From an uncultured Gammaproteobacteria bacterium (lineage in GTDB: Bacteria; Patescibacteriota; Patescibacteriia; Magasanikbacterales; UBA922), in NCBI GenBank assembly GCA_964522405.1, contig CAZFTR010000002.1:8032-72031 (forward strand): a DNA stretch of 64,000 nt, read 5' to 3'. Under the pieces are notes generated by a model. That model did no database searches and was not told where the DNA came from. It worked only from the letters and a program-made list of their open reading frames with translations. Shown here piece by piece: positions 46,457-55,091 of the stretch. Position 1 is the first letter of the stretch; every line of letters starts with the position of its first letter. Both the position numbers and the translations under genes were made by a program.

Positions 46457-48007
46457 ATGGTTGATCATGTTAAAAAAATTGGATTTGGAACAGCTACCAG
46501 TTTTATTTCTACGGGAATAAGTATTCTAGCTTCCATAATTACAGTGCCGCTTTTTATTAAGGCGGTGGGAAGTGATCTCTATGGTTTGTTTGTGGTGGTA
46601 ACTTCTGTTGTTGGTTTTGTAGGTCTTACTGATTTTGGTCTTTCCGGCGCAATCACCAATCAGATTGCTTACTTGTTTGCTGAACAGAAAAAGAAAGAAA
46701 TTTCAGAATTATTCAGTGGGGCAATGATATTTTTTGGTTCACTATTGCTTGGTGTGTTTGTAATTATTGCCGGATTATTTTTTGCAGATATTGTTTCTGC
46801 TTCCTTTATATTTGGTGTTGAAGATGCTCTGGTTGATTTGACCGGTAGCCTTTTCTTTATACTTTTAACTTTTTATACAATTAATTTACTGTTTGGTAGT
46901 TTATTAGTGTCTTTTTTTAAAGGTTTAAATGAAATTCCCAAATACAATATTATTCAGAGTTCTTATATTATTGTCTATTCCATTTCATTTGTAGTTTTTT
47001 TGCTCAACAAGCCTTCAATAATTTCAATTGCTTTTTTTCAAGGGATCTTTTTCATTTTAAGGGTGATTTTGTTATATGTTTCGGCCAAGAAATTATTTAG
47101 CTGGTTTAGATTTTATTTTAAATTATCACTTCTAAAAAGAATTAAGCCCTTACTTAAGCATAGTTTTTATTTTTTTCTTCTCATGCTTCTAAGTTCATTG
47201 ATAACCAAGACAGACATGTTGGTTTTATCCCATGTTGTTGGTGTGGGTATGGCAGCCACCTTTGCTATAGGTGACAGAATTTTTAAATTGCCAACCAGTA
47301 TGGTCACAGTTGCTGCTTCAGCTATGCCAAGTATTGCTCATTATTTTAAATTAAATGATCTATCTGCTTTGAGTAAAATGTATTCTCAAGTATTGCGCAT
47401 GAATATAGTTTTTAAATGTGCGCCTCTACTTTTTATCTTGGTTTATTCAAAAGAAATAATAAGTTTATGGGTTGGTCCTGAATTTTTTGGAGGCTATTAT
47501 CTGGTTTCTTTATTTTTCCTAAGTTACATGATTTATGCTTGGGTTGGTCCTCATTTTGCTTTTATAAATAGCATGTTTAAGCATAGATCAGAAGTTATTC
47601 CCATGACAGTAAATGTGATCATAAATTTGGGAACTTCAATTTTCTTTGCTTATCATATTGGTATAATTGGAATTATACTTGGTACTGTTTTAGGTAACTT
47701 GCTAACAAATGCAATTTATTTGCCAATTTTCTTGTCTAGACAAATTGATATTAAGCCATTTAAGGATCTTTACCGAGTAGTTGTTTCATTTGCGATTCCG
47801 GCAATATTCCTAGTAGCAATGCATTATTTGAATTTTTATATTCTTCAGGGTATTATTCTACAACTGGCATTTGCAACGCTAGTAATGGGTATTTATGGGT
47901 TTGTCTGCTGGATGGTGGTACTTCAGAAAAATGAAAAGCAGTTTTTTATAGATAAATCTATCAACGCTCTTAGAAAATTGGGATTTTCAACTGCTCTTAA
48001 GAGTTAA
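46457..48007 (+). CDS. polysaccharide biosynthesis flippase (Wzx/MOP superfamily)
   Basis: 516 aa with about 12-14 TM helices, N-terminal AVGSDLYGLFVVV and the overall MOP/Wzx hydropathy pattern. Confidence 0.7.
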   Translation: MVDHVKKIGFGTATSFISTGISILASIITVPLFIKAVGSDLYGLFVVVTSVVGFVGLTDFGLSGAITNQIAYLFAEQKKKEISELFSGAMIFFGSLLLGVFVIIAGLFFADIVSASFIFGVEDALVDLTGSLFFILLTFYTINLLFGSLLVSFFKGLNEIPKYNIIQSSYIIVYSISFVVFLLNKPSIISIAFFQGIFFILRVILLYVSAKKLFSWFRFYFKLSLLKRIKPLLKHSFYFFLLMLLSSLITKTDMLVLSHVVGVGMAATFAIGDRIFKLPTSMVTVAASAMPSIAHYFKLNDLSALSKMYSQVLRMNIVFKCAPLLFILVYSKEIISLWVGPEFFGGYYLVSLFFLSYMIYAWVGPHFAFINSMFKHRSEVIPMTVNVIINLGTSIFFAYHIGIIGIILGTVLGNLLTNAIYLPIFLSRQIDIKPFKDLYRVVVSFAIPAIFLVAMHYLNFYILQGIILQLAFATLVMGIYGFVCWMVVLQKNEKQFFIDKSINALRKLGFSTALKS

Positions 48008-48013
48008 TATTCT

Positions 48014-49288
48014 ATGACTGAAAAACGAAAAAAAAGCCTATTGCTCATAGTTGGAATTTTGGCTGGACTTTTTTTATTTATTTCTAAATTTGGCGGATGG
48101 GATGGTTTTAAAACCAGTTTAATAAGTAAGGCTGGACAGACTGCCATATCTCTTTCATCAAATAAGGATTTTCTAAACAATGTCTTGGGTTTTGATCACA
48201 GAAAACAGTATATTTTTGTTTTGCTTGATAATCAGAAATTGACTTCATTTGGCGGTACACCAACTATGTATTCTGTAATCAATGTTGAAAATGGAATTTT
48301 TTCTGTTTCTGAATTTAATCTCATAGATGCAGAAGATGTCGAATTCATAAGTAACCAAAAAGTCGATCTTAATTTTGAAGAAGTATCAAAAAAATTTGCT
48401 GAGTTCTATGGAGATAAATCAGAAAATTCAGAGAATGCCAAAGCAGTAATTGGATTTACTTACTCTTCTCTTGAAGATATTTTGAAATTAGTTGGAGAAT
48501 TTGAATTTAAACATAAACAATTCTCACATCAAAATACAGCAGAATTGGTAGCTGAAATTGCAAATTCACAATCTGACTTTGGAATCAAACAAAACCAACA
48601 AGTTTCAGGTTTTTTGGAATTAGTGATGGGTCAGGCTAAAGAAGGTTTTTTTAAGCATAGGCGTGATTATGTTAAAACTTTAAAAAATATTTTTGTAGAA
48701 GAAAAAGCATTTATATATCATTTTGATTCAGGTATTTACAACAAACTTATCTCTGAGGGTTTGGTCAAGACTACAGAAAATTATCAAAATGACATCATTG
48801 GTTTAGTTGAAAATGAAATTAGTTCTGCAGAGGTTAACAGACTGGTAAATAGAGAATTAAATTATCAGATTTCAAAAGGATCTGATGATCTATCAAAGGG
48901 AAACTTGTCTCTGGTTTATAAATATCAAAAAGTTGAGGATATAAGTCAGTCATACATCTCCAAAATAAATTTATCAGTAAAAATTGATGGCCTGCCAATG
49001 GATAAAGATTTTGATTTGGAGTTGTTGCCCGGAGAAGAGAAAGAATTGAAAATGGAATTTGATCTTTCTAGTAGTATTGAATCAAGCTTAAAGGCAGGTA
49101 AATATCTTGTTTTGCTAAACAAGCAACTCGGAGAAGATGATTTGGATTTTTCCATTGATTTTGATCTGAAAAAAGATCTTGAGTCATGCACTCCTTTTGA
49201 AGAAGTTTATTCATCAAGCAAAACCAGATGTATTTTAAAAACTAAAATTAAATCTGATTCAGAATTTTCTTTTATTTATAACCAATAA
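48014..49288 (+). CDS. DUF4012-like membrane-anchored protein
   Basis: N-terminal TM followed by LGFDHRKQYIFVLLDNQKLTSFGGTPTMYSVINVENGIF, resembling the DUF4012 signature (LG.D.P.RYLILFQN..E.R.TGGFIGS..NG.I). Confidence 0.5.
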   Translation: MTEKRKKSLLLIVGILAGLFLFISKFGGWDGFKTSLISKAGQTAISLSSNKDFLNNVLGFDHRKQYIFVLLDNQKLTSFGGTPTMYSVINVENGIFSVSEFNLIDAEDVEFISNQKVDLNFEEVSKKFAEFYGDKSENSENAKAVIGFTYSSLEDILKLVGEFEFKHKQFSHQNTAELVAEIANSQSDFGIKQNQQVSGFLELVMGQAKEGFFKHRRDYVKTLKNIFVEEKAFIYHFDSGIYNKLISEGLVKTTENYQNDIIGLVENEISSAEVNRLVNRELNYQISKGSDDLSKGNLSLVYKYQKVEDISQSYISKINLSVKIDGLPMDKDFDLELLPGEEKELKMEFDLSSSIESSLKAGKYLVLLNKQLGEDDLDFSIDFDLKKDLESCTPFEEVYSSSKTRCILKTKIKSDSEFSFIYNQ

Positions 49289-49291
49289 AAT

Positions 49292-49900
49292 ATGTTAAAA
49301 ATAATTCACAGAATAAATACCATAAAGGAATTAAGAGAAATTCCTGAGAATTATGGAGTTGAAATTGATATTCGTGGATATGGAGATCAGCTTCTGTTGA
49401 GTCATGATCCAATTGAACAATCAAAACTGGATCAATATGATAACCTGGAAAAATATCTTGAGAATTATTCACATAGTTTGGTGGTCTTTAATCTTAAGGA
49501 GGCTGGATATGAAAGGAGAATTGCTGAGCTGGTAGAAAAACATGGAATCACTGAGTATTTTTTGTTGGATGTGGAATTTCCATACTTGTACAGTGCGACA
49601 CGTTCAGGTAAAAATCGTAAAATTGCCGCTCGCTATAGTGAAGCTGAGCCAATAGAATCTGTAGAAGCTCAGATATTAGATGATAAACCTTTGCTAGATT
49701 GGGTTTGGATTGATACCAATACTGTTTTACCGCTGGATATAGAGAGTGTGAAGAGACTTAAACCTTTTAAAACCTGCCTGGTCAGTCCTGATCGATGGGG
49801 AAGACCAGAAGATATTGAGCCATATATTGCAAAAATGAAAGACTTGTCTTTTGAGCTTGATGCTGTTATGGTGGGGAAAGAGCATGTTAATAAGTGGTAG
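49292..49900 (+). CDS. glycerophosphodiester phosphodiesterase-like (GDPD-fold) small protein
   Basis: IIHRINTIKELREIPENYGVEIDIRGYGDQLLLSHDP matches the GDPD N-terminal catalytic pattern (HR...E.D...HD). Weak. Confidence 0.4.
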   Translation: MLKIIHRINTIKELREIPENYGVEIDIRGYGDQLLLSHDPIEQSKLDQYDNLEKYLENYSHSLVVFNLKEAGYERRIAELVEKHGITEYFLLDVEFPYLYSATRSGKNRKIAARYSEAEPIESVEAQILDDKPLLDWVWIDTNTVLPLDIESVKRLKPFKTCLVSPDRWGRPEDIEPYIAKMKDLSFELDAVMVGKEHVNKW

Positions 49901-49969
49901 TTTATGATTGATATAAGACCTGCTTTTTTGTAATTTAAAAATTAATCTACTAGTTACTAAATAAATTCT

Positions 49970-50617
49970 ATGTCTCAATTTTCGAAAATAGATCTAAATG
50001 GTACAAAAGGAATTTTGCTTGATTTTGATAATGCACTTTATAAATATGATCCATGCCATCAACATGCTCTCGATTCAGTGTATTTTGAAATCAAAAAACA
50101 TCTAGATGTCGAGTCTTTTGAGCAATTTTTGGATTTTTATAAAAAAGCACAAAAAAAGGTTAAGGCAAATATACCTGACAGAGCTGCTTCACATTCAAGG
50201 TTGCTTTATTTTCAAATTTTGTTTGAAGACTATTTTGGACATGTGAAAGTTGGTTTAAACTTACAGTTTGAAAAACTTTATTGGAATTCATTTTTTGAAA
50301 AAATGGTTCTGGCAGATGATGTGTTAGATTTTCTTGAAAAGTGTAAAAAAGAGAGCATTAGAATATGTGTTGTGACTGACCTGACTGCGCAAATTCAGTT
50401 TAAGAAATTTTTACATTTGGGTCTGGAAAAGTATTTTGATTTTGTAGTTAGTTCAGAAGAAGCAGGAATGGAAAAACCTGGTGAGGGAATTTTCTTGCTT
50501 GCATTACAGAAGCTGGGAATGAGCAAAGACGATGTTTTGGTAATAGGGGACAGTAAAAAAAGGGATATAGCAGGCGCAGAAAATCTTGGCATAAGAAGCC
50601 ACTTAATAGAATTATGA
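49970..50617 (+). CDS. HAD-superfamily hydrolase/phosphatase
   Basis: Motif I ILLDFDNALY (DxD), motif II VVTDLT, motif IV GDSKKRDIAGA. Confidence 0.8.
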   Translation: MSQFSKIDLNGTKGILLDFDNALYKYDPCHQHALDSVYFEIKKHLDVESFEQFLDFYKKAQKKVKANIPDRAASHSRLLYFQILFEDYFGHVKVGLNLQFEKLYWNSFFEKMVLADDVLDFLEKCKKESIRICVVTDLTAQIQFKKFLHLGLEKYFDFVVSSEEAGMEKPGEGIFLLALQKLGMSKDDVLVIGDSKKRDIAGAENLGIRSHLIEL

Positions 50618-52761
50618 TAAAGGGTTTTTCAAAAAAATACCTGCATGACAAAACCGGAAAATTTAAACTGGACATTCTGAAATCCCGTATTTTTCTTTCA
50701 GTTCTTGGTTTGAAGATAGTATCTTCTTTTTTATTTGCTTCAAATTACTTAACAGAATTGTTTGCTCGCTTTGTAAACTACTTTGTGGTCAGTGGATTTC
50801 AAAATCCATACCAGTTTTTCTACAATCTGGATATTTTAAATGTTTTTCCATATCCACAAGTAATGCTTTGGATATTAGCCATACCTAGATTTTTATTTAG
50901 TCCATTTCTCAGTGCAAATTATCTTGATGTTAGCTTTTTGGATTTATTTGTTTATAGAATTCCAGTCTTATTAGCTGATACAGTTATTTTGGTGGTCTTG
51001 GCTCGCTGGCTCAAAAACAAGCAAGATAAATTATTAAAATATTATTGGTGTTCACCGATTTTATTTTATATAAGTTATATTCATGGGCAGCTCGACGCTC
51101 TTCCAATAATGTTATTATTTTTATCGCTCTATCTTTTATTCAAAGAGAGGTTTTATTGGTCAGTTGCTTTGCTCGGTTTGGCAATTTCTGCTAAAACAGG
51201 TTTGCTAATTGTATATCCTTTTGTGTTGGTCTATTTCTTGCTACAAAAAATAAGAATTAGAGAAATAATTGCACTAGCTTTAGTGCCAGTTTTGGTTTTT
51301 TTAATCTTTAATATTAATTATCTATTTACTCCTGCTTTTATTGAATTAGTTTTAAATACCAAAGAGCAATTTAAAATTTTTGATTTTAAATATCAAATTG
51401 GCGGAGATTTTGTGATTTATTTTGTACCACTTGCTTATTTTGTATTGTTTGTTAAAAGTTTGACTTATCGGGTATTTAACAAGGATGTTTTTTTGATGTT
51501 TTTAGGATTTAGTTTTGGTATTTTGACTTTGTTTATTCCGCCGATGCAGGGTTGGTATTTTTGGATAATTCCTTTTTTTATTTATTTTTATATAAAAGAA
51601 GAAAATGCTCCAAAGTTTACTTTTATTCTTTTGAATTTATTTTATTTCTTGTATTTTCTAGTTGTCAAAAATTCAGATTATTTGCAGGTTTTTCAGTTGA
51701 TTTTGCCAAGTCTGGCAGCCAAGCAAAATCTCTATCATTATCTAAGTGGATTAGGGATAAATGCTCAAGTTTTGGTGAATACCATTTTTACTCTATTGCA
51801 AGCAACTTTGCTTTTAAATATTCTCTGGATTTATAAAAAAGGAATTGAATCAAATACTAATTACAAAATTAAATACCAGCCATACTTGATCGGCATAGCA
51901 GGGGACTCAGGAAGTGGAAAAAGTATTTTGTCTGATTTGATGATAAATAAATTTGGCCATAAAAATACTTTACTTCTTGAGGGTGATGATATGCATAAGT
52001 GGGAGCGTGGAGATAGAAATTGGCAGGAGTTTACTCATCTTGATCCAAGAGCAAACAAATTGCATGATGATCTGCAAAGCGCTTTGAAGCTAAAAAAAGG
52101 AGATAAAATTAAGAGAAGTATTTATGATCATAGTACTGGAAAATTCAGACTTCCTAAAAAAATTGAATCTAAAAAAATAATTCTTTTCCAGGGTTTGCAT
52201 TCATTGTATTTAGAAAAAATGAGAAATCTTTATGATCTGAAAGTCTTTTTAAAACCAAGTGAAGATCTGCGATTGCATTGGAAAATAGTTAGAGATACCA
52301 AAGATAGAAATTCAGAACGTCAAAAAGTTGAACAACAGATCAAAGATAGAGAATCAGATGCCAAGAGGTATATTCAAAAGCAGCAAGAACATGCAGATAT
52401 TGTAGTTTCTTTTGAAAATAAAAAAGAAATTACTAATCTGGGAGATAAAAAGGAAGATATTAGTTTAGCTTTGAAAGTTAAATTTGAAAATGGCATTGAT
52501 ATAGATCCTTTACTTCATGAGCTCGACAAGTTGGGTTCAATAAAATACCAACATCTACATCAAACAGACAGTCAATATCTGGAATTTCACGGAAAAATTA
52601 GCAAAGAAAAAATAGATAAAATTGCTTATGGTCTGATGCCAGATCTGTGGGATATTTTAAATATTGAGCCAGATTGGAGCAGTGACCTCAATGGAATTTT
52701 GCAGTTATTCATTTCTTATTATATTTTTTATAAAATGAAAATTGATGAGTATGCAGGATGA
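50614..52761 (+). CDS. fusion protein: N-terminal polytopic membrane domain (DUF2029/GT-C-like) plus C-terminal PRK/uridine-kinase-family P-loop kinase domain
   Basis: About 430 aa with at least 10 TMs, then IGIAGDSGSGKSILSDLMINKFGH...LLLEGDDMHKW...IYDHSTGKF...IILFQGLHSLY, a phosphoribulokinase/uridine kinase family (Walker A GxxGSGKS) domain. Confidence 0.65.
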   Translation: MIKGFSKKYLHDKTGKFKLDILKSRIFLSVLGLKIVSSFLFASNYLTELFARFVNYFVVSGFQNPYQFFYNLDILNVFPYPQVMLWILAIPRFLFSPFLSANYLDVSFLDLFVYRIPVLLADTVILVVLARWLKNKQDKLLKYYWCSPILFYISYIHGQLDALPIMLLFLSLYLLFKERFYWSVALLGLAISAKTGLLIVYPFVLVYFLLQKIRIREIIALALVPVLVFLIFNINYLFTPAFIELVLNTKEQFKIFDFKYQIGGDFVIYFVPLAYFVLFVKSLTYRVFNKDVFLMFLGFSFGILTLFIPPMQGWYFWIIPFFIYFYIKEENAPKFTFILLNLFYFLYFLVVKNSDYLQVFQLILPSLAAKQNLYHYLSGLGINAQVLVNTIFTLLQATLLLNILWIYKKGIESNTNYKIKYQPYLIGIAGDSGSGKSILSDLMINKFGHKNTLLLEGDDMHKWERGDRNWQEFTHLDPRANKLHDDLQSALKLKKGDKIKRSIYDHSTGKFRLPKKIESKKIILFQGLHSLYLEKMRNLYDLKVFLKPSEDLRLHWKIVRDTKDRNSERQKVEQQIKDRESDAKRYIQKQQEHADIVVSFENKKEITNLGDKKEDISLALKVKFENGIDIDPLLHELDKLGSIKYQHLHQTDSQYLEFHGKISKEKIDKIAYGLMPDLWDILNIEPDWSSDLNGILQLFISYYIFYKMKIDEYAG

Positions 52762-53782
52762 GTTGTTAAAAGAATTAGTGGAAATTTCTCATATTATTGG
52801 TCAAAAGTCTGATTTTGTTCAAGGTGGTGGGGGAAATACTTCTGTGAAAATCGATGAAAATACCATGGCCATCAAAGCTTCTGGTTTTAATTTGTCTGAC
52901 ATTAGAGAAGATGATGGTGTTGTTTTGGTTGAACATCAGAAAATCAAAAGTTATTATCGAGAAAATTCAAACAGTCTAACTGAAGATCAGGCAATTTCTT
53001 TTAACAGATCAACTGTTTTAAAATCAGATTTATCTGAAGATTTACGACCTTCAATTGAAACAGGTTTTCACGCTTTGCTGGATAAGTTTGTTATTCATTC
53101 TCATTCAGTTTATGTAAATATAGTATCTTGCGCAGAAGGCGGAGAAGGTATTATGCATAAGATTTTCAAAGATTCAGATCTAAATATACTTTGGCTAGAT
53201 TACTTTAGCCCGGGTTTATATCTAACTCTCGGCATGAGTCAACTTTTGGGTAATTATCATAAATCAGAATTTCCAGATGCAGTATTTATGAAAAATCATG
53301 GATTAGTTGTAAATGCAAAAACTTCTCAAAAAGCAGTAGAAATTCATCAAGAGATAAATAGTACAATAAAAAAATATTTTAGCTTAGATAAAAATTATCC
53401 ACAAATTGAAATCAAACAGCTCAATGAAAACCTATATCAAAGTAATTCAGAATATCTACTGAATTTCTTAAGACAAAATCCAGATAAAATTAAAAATTTT
53501 CCAAAACAGATTTTATTTCCTGATCAGGTTGTTTTTGGTGATGATATTAGTTTTCAGGGTTTACAGGAAAATAAGATAAACTTTGACTTAGAAGAAAACC
53601 AGGTTTTTTATAAGGCTAGTAAAAAACAAGCCAAGACAATTGAAGAATTACTAATTGCTTGGATTTTCATAATTGAGAATATTGAAAATCAGGGATTGCA
53701 ATTAGAAATTTTAAATAATGAACAAGTAGAATATATTAGGCAGATGAGTAGTGAAAAATATCGCAAAAAATTAATAAAATAA
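52742..53782 (+). CDS. class II aldolase/adducin-fold protein (extended, 346 aa)
   Basis: HIIGQKSDFVQGGGGNTSVKIDENTMAIKASG resembles the GGNxS substrate-phosphate loop of class II aldolases/epimerases. The C-terminal ~130 aa is unassigned. Confidence 0.5.
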   Translation: MMSMQDELLKELVEISHIIGQKSDFVQGGGGNTSVKIDENTMAIKASGFNLSDIREDDGVVLVEHQKIKSYYRENSNSLTEDQAISFNRSTVLKSDLSEDLRPSIETGFHALLDKFVIHSHSVYVNIVSCAEGGEGIMHKIFKDSDLNILWLDYFSPGLYLTLGMSQLLGNYHKSEFPDAVFMKNHGLVVNAKTSQKAVEIHQEINSTIKKYFSLDKNYPQIEIKQLNENLYQSNSEYLLNFLRQNPDKIKNFPKQILFPDQVVFGDDISFQGLQENKINFDLEENQVFYKASKKQAKTIEELLIAWIFIIENIENQGLQLEILNNEQVEYIRQMSSEKYRKKLIK

Positions 53783-53847
53783 AAATATCTTGAGTAGAGA
53801 TATTTTTTTTAAAATTCATTTAAAATTTAGCACATAGGCAGGGGGTC

Positions 53848-53860
53848 GTGTCACTCTCCT
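53848..53860. repeat. left 13-bp inverted repeat GTGTCACTCTCCT bracketing GC-island 3
   Basis: Perfect reverse complement of 54951-54963 (AGGAGAGTGACAC). An imperfect extension to about 22 bp shares CCCC. Confidence 0.8.
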
Positions 53861-53877
53861 CGATCCCCCTTGGTAGC

Positions 53878-53920
53878 TGCCCGCTATGCGGGCCTTCTGG
53901 TTGTGGCTGGCCGCTGCCAG
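53878..53920 (-). terminator. two GC-rich hairpins downstream of GC-island 3 gene
   Basis: GCCCGC-TAT-GCGGGC (53878-53892) and GGCTGGC-CGCT-GCCAGCC (53903-53920), immediately after the stop at 53922. Confidence 0.5.
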
Positions 53921-53921
53921 C

Positions 53922-54926
53922 CTAGTAGTCCTTGGTGAGGAGCGAGCCGGCGCCGTAGGACTGGTCGAAGGCGTTGGCTGCTCGGGTCAGCATCGTTACC
54001 ATCGAAGTCCGGCGCGCCACCACCCAGCCCTGACGGTGATGCATGTCCTTGAGCTCCGCGTTGGCGGCGTTCCCGACGAGCGGTCGGCCGTAGATGTTGC
54101 GCGGCCTGGTCATGTGGCCGCTCTGGGAGAAGGGGCCGATAGGGTCGGTGTCCCAGGTCTTCCAGTCGGGCTGGCGGTTGAAGATGGCGTTGATCCAGTC
54201 GAGCTCGGCGAAGGCCGGCAGGTCTTCCGGGTTCTCCGGCTCGAAGACGCTGCGCAGGAACTGCAGGATCTGGGTGCCGGCACCTCCCACCGGAACCTGA
54301 ATGACCTCGACGCCCTTCTGAAGCAGGAAGGCAGGGAACTCGATGTCTCCGTAGTTCTGCGGGTAGGAGCGCCGGATGCCGATCCGCGGGACAGAGGTGG
54401 TGTCGACTTCGGTCCGCTTGAGCTTGACCTCGACCCAGTTGCCCGCCTGGTCGGCTTTCCCGATCTTGCACTCGCCGCCCATGATGATGGCGGCGTACTC
54501 GCCGAGCACGTCGAAGATCAGGCCGACCCTGGACATGAAGTTTCGGGAGAGCTCCGTGCGCTCGAGCAGGCTGACCAGAGTGGTCGGGCCAATCAGCGCG
54601 TCGGTGCCCGCGGTCTTCACAGCGTCGCCGGTCCCGTCACAGGGATCGACCTGGAAGGCCTTGAGGGCGAAGGGCCGCAGCCCCGAGTCCGCTTCCTCGG
54701 AGAACGAGGCCGGATGCAGGGCCGAGAGCCCACCGAACTCGCCGTTGCCGTTGAGGATGAAGCTCGAGGCCGAGAGATCCATGTTGGTCACCACTTCGCC
54801 GAGGTCGGCGCCGTGGTCGATGACCTGGATACCCTTCTTGCCGAGAGCCGGCTTGATGGCGGCTCGTGTCGCCGTCACGACCAGGGGAAAGACCACCTGG
54901 GTCATGACATCGAAAAGATTCTTCAA
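53922..54926 (-). CDS. hypothetical enzyme of unidentified family, encoded by high-GC island (possible metal-dependent sugar-phosphate enzyme; DPxDGT-like motif)
   Basis: 334 aa. The ORF-track start is TTG at 54926, preceded by AGAGGA SD, with an alternative ATG at 54905. Roughly two-thirds G+C. Contains FQVDPCDGTGDAV and IIMGGECKIGKA, but no confident family match. The antisense 348-aa ORF (53886-54932 +) is a GC artefact. Confidence 0.6.
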   Translation of the reverse strand: MKNLFDVMTQVVFPLVVTATRAAIKPALGKKGIQVIDHGADLGEVVTNMDLSASSFILNGNGEFGGLSALHPASFSEEADSGLRPFALKAFQVDPCDGTGDAVKTAGTDALIGPTTLVSLLERTELSRNFMSRVGLIFDVLGEYAAIIMGGECKIGKADQAGNWVEVKLKRTEVDTTSVPRIGIRRSYPQNYGDIEFPAFLLQKGVEVIQVPVGGAGTQILQFLRSVFEPENPEDLPAFAELDWINAIFNRQPDWKTWDTDPIGPFSQSGHMTRPRNIYGRPLVGNAANAELKDMHHRQGWVVARRTSMVTMLTRAANAFDQSYGAGSLLTKDY

Positions 54927-54950
54927 TTCTGATCCTCTTTGAGGGGTTTT

Positions 54951-54963
54951 AGGAGAGTGACAC
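54951..54963. repeat. right 13-bp inverted repeat AGGAGAGTGACAC bracketing GC-island 3
   Basis: Reverse complement of 53848-53860. Lies about 25 nt upstream of the TTG start. Confidence 0.8.
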
Positions 54964-55091
54964 TTGAAATGTACTGGCTATATATAAGCATAAATTAGCC
55001 AAATTGTCAAATATATGAAGAGTCTAAAAACTTGCATTTTTAGTGAAAAAATGTATAATGTAGAGACTAATTTAATGGATTTTTTGGCTCT

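Larger units (their letters stand above)
53848..54963. other. compositional island 3 (~1.1 kb, about two-thirds G+C), IR-bracketed single-gene cassette
   Basis: Bounded by 13-bp perfect inverted repeats. Contains the gene, its SD and two terminator hairpins. Confidence 0.7.

Noticed and set aside
53886-54942. 348-aa plus-strand ORF and smaller ORFs (53884-54471 -, 54376-54942 +) in GC-island 3.
   Set aside because: These are Arg/Gly/Ala-rich antisense artefacts. The minus-strand 334-aa frame has balanced composition and is flanked by an SD and terminators.
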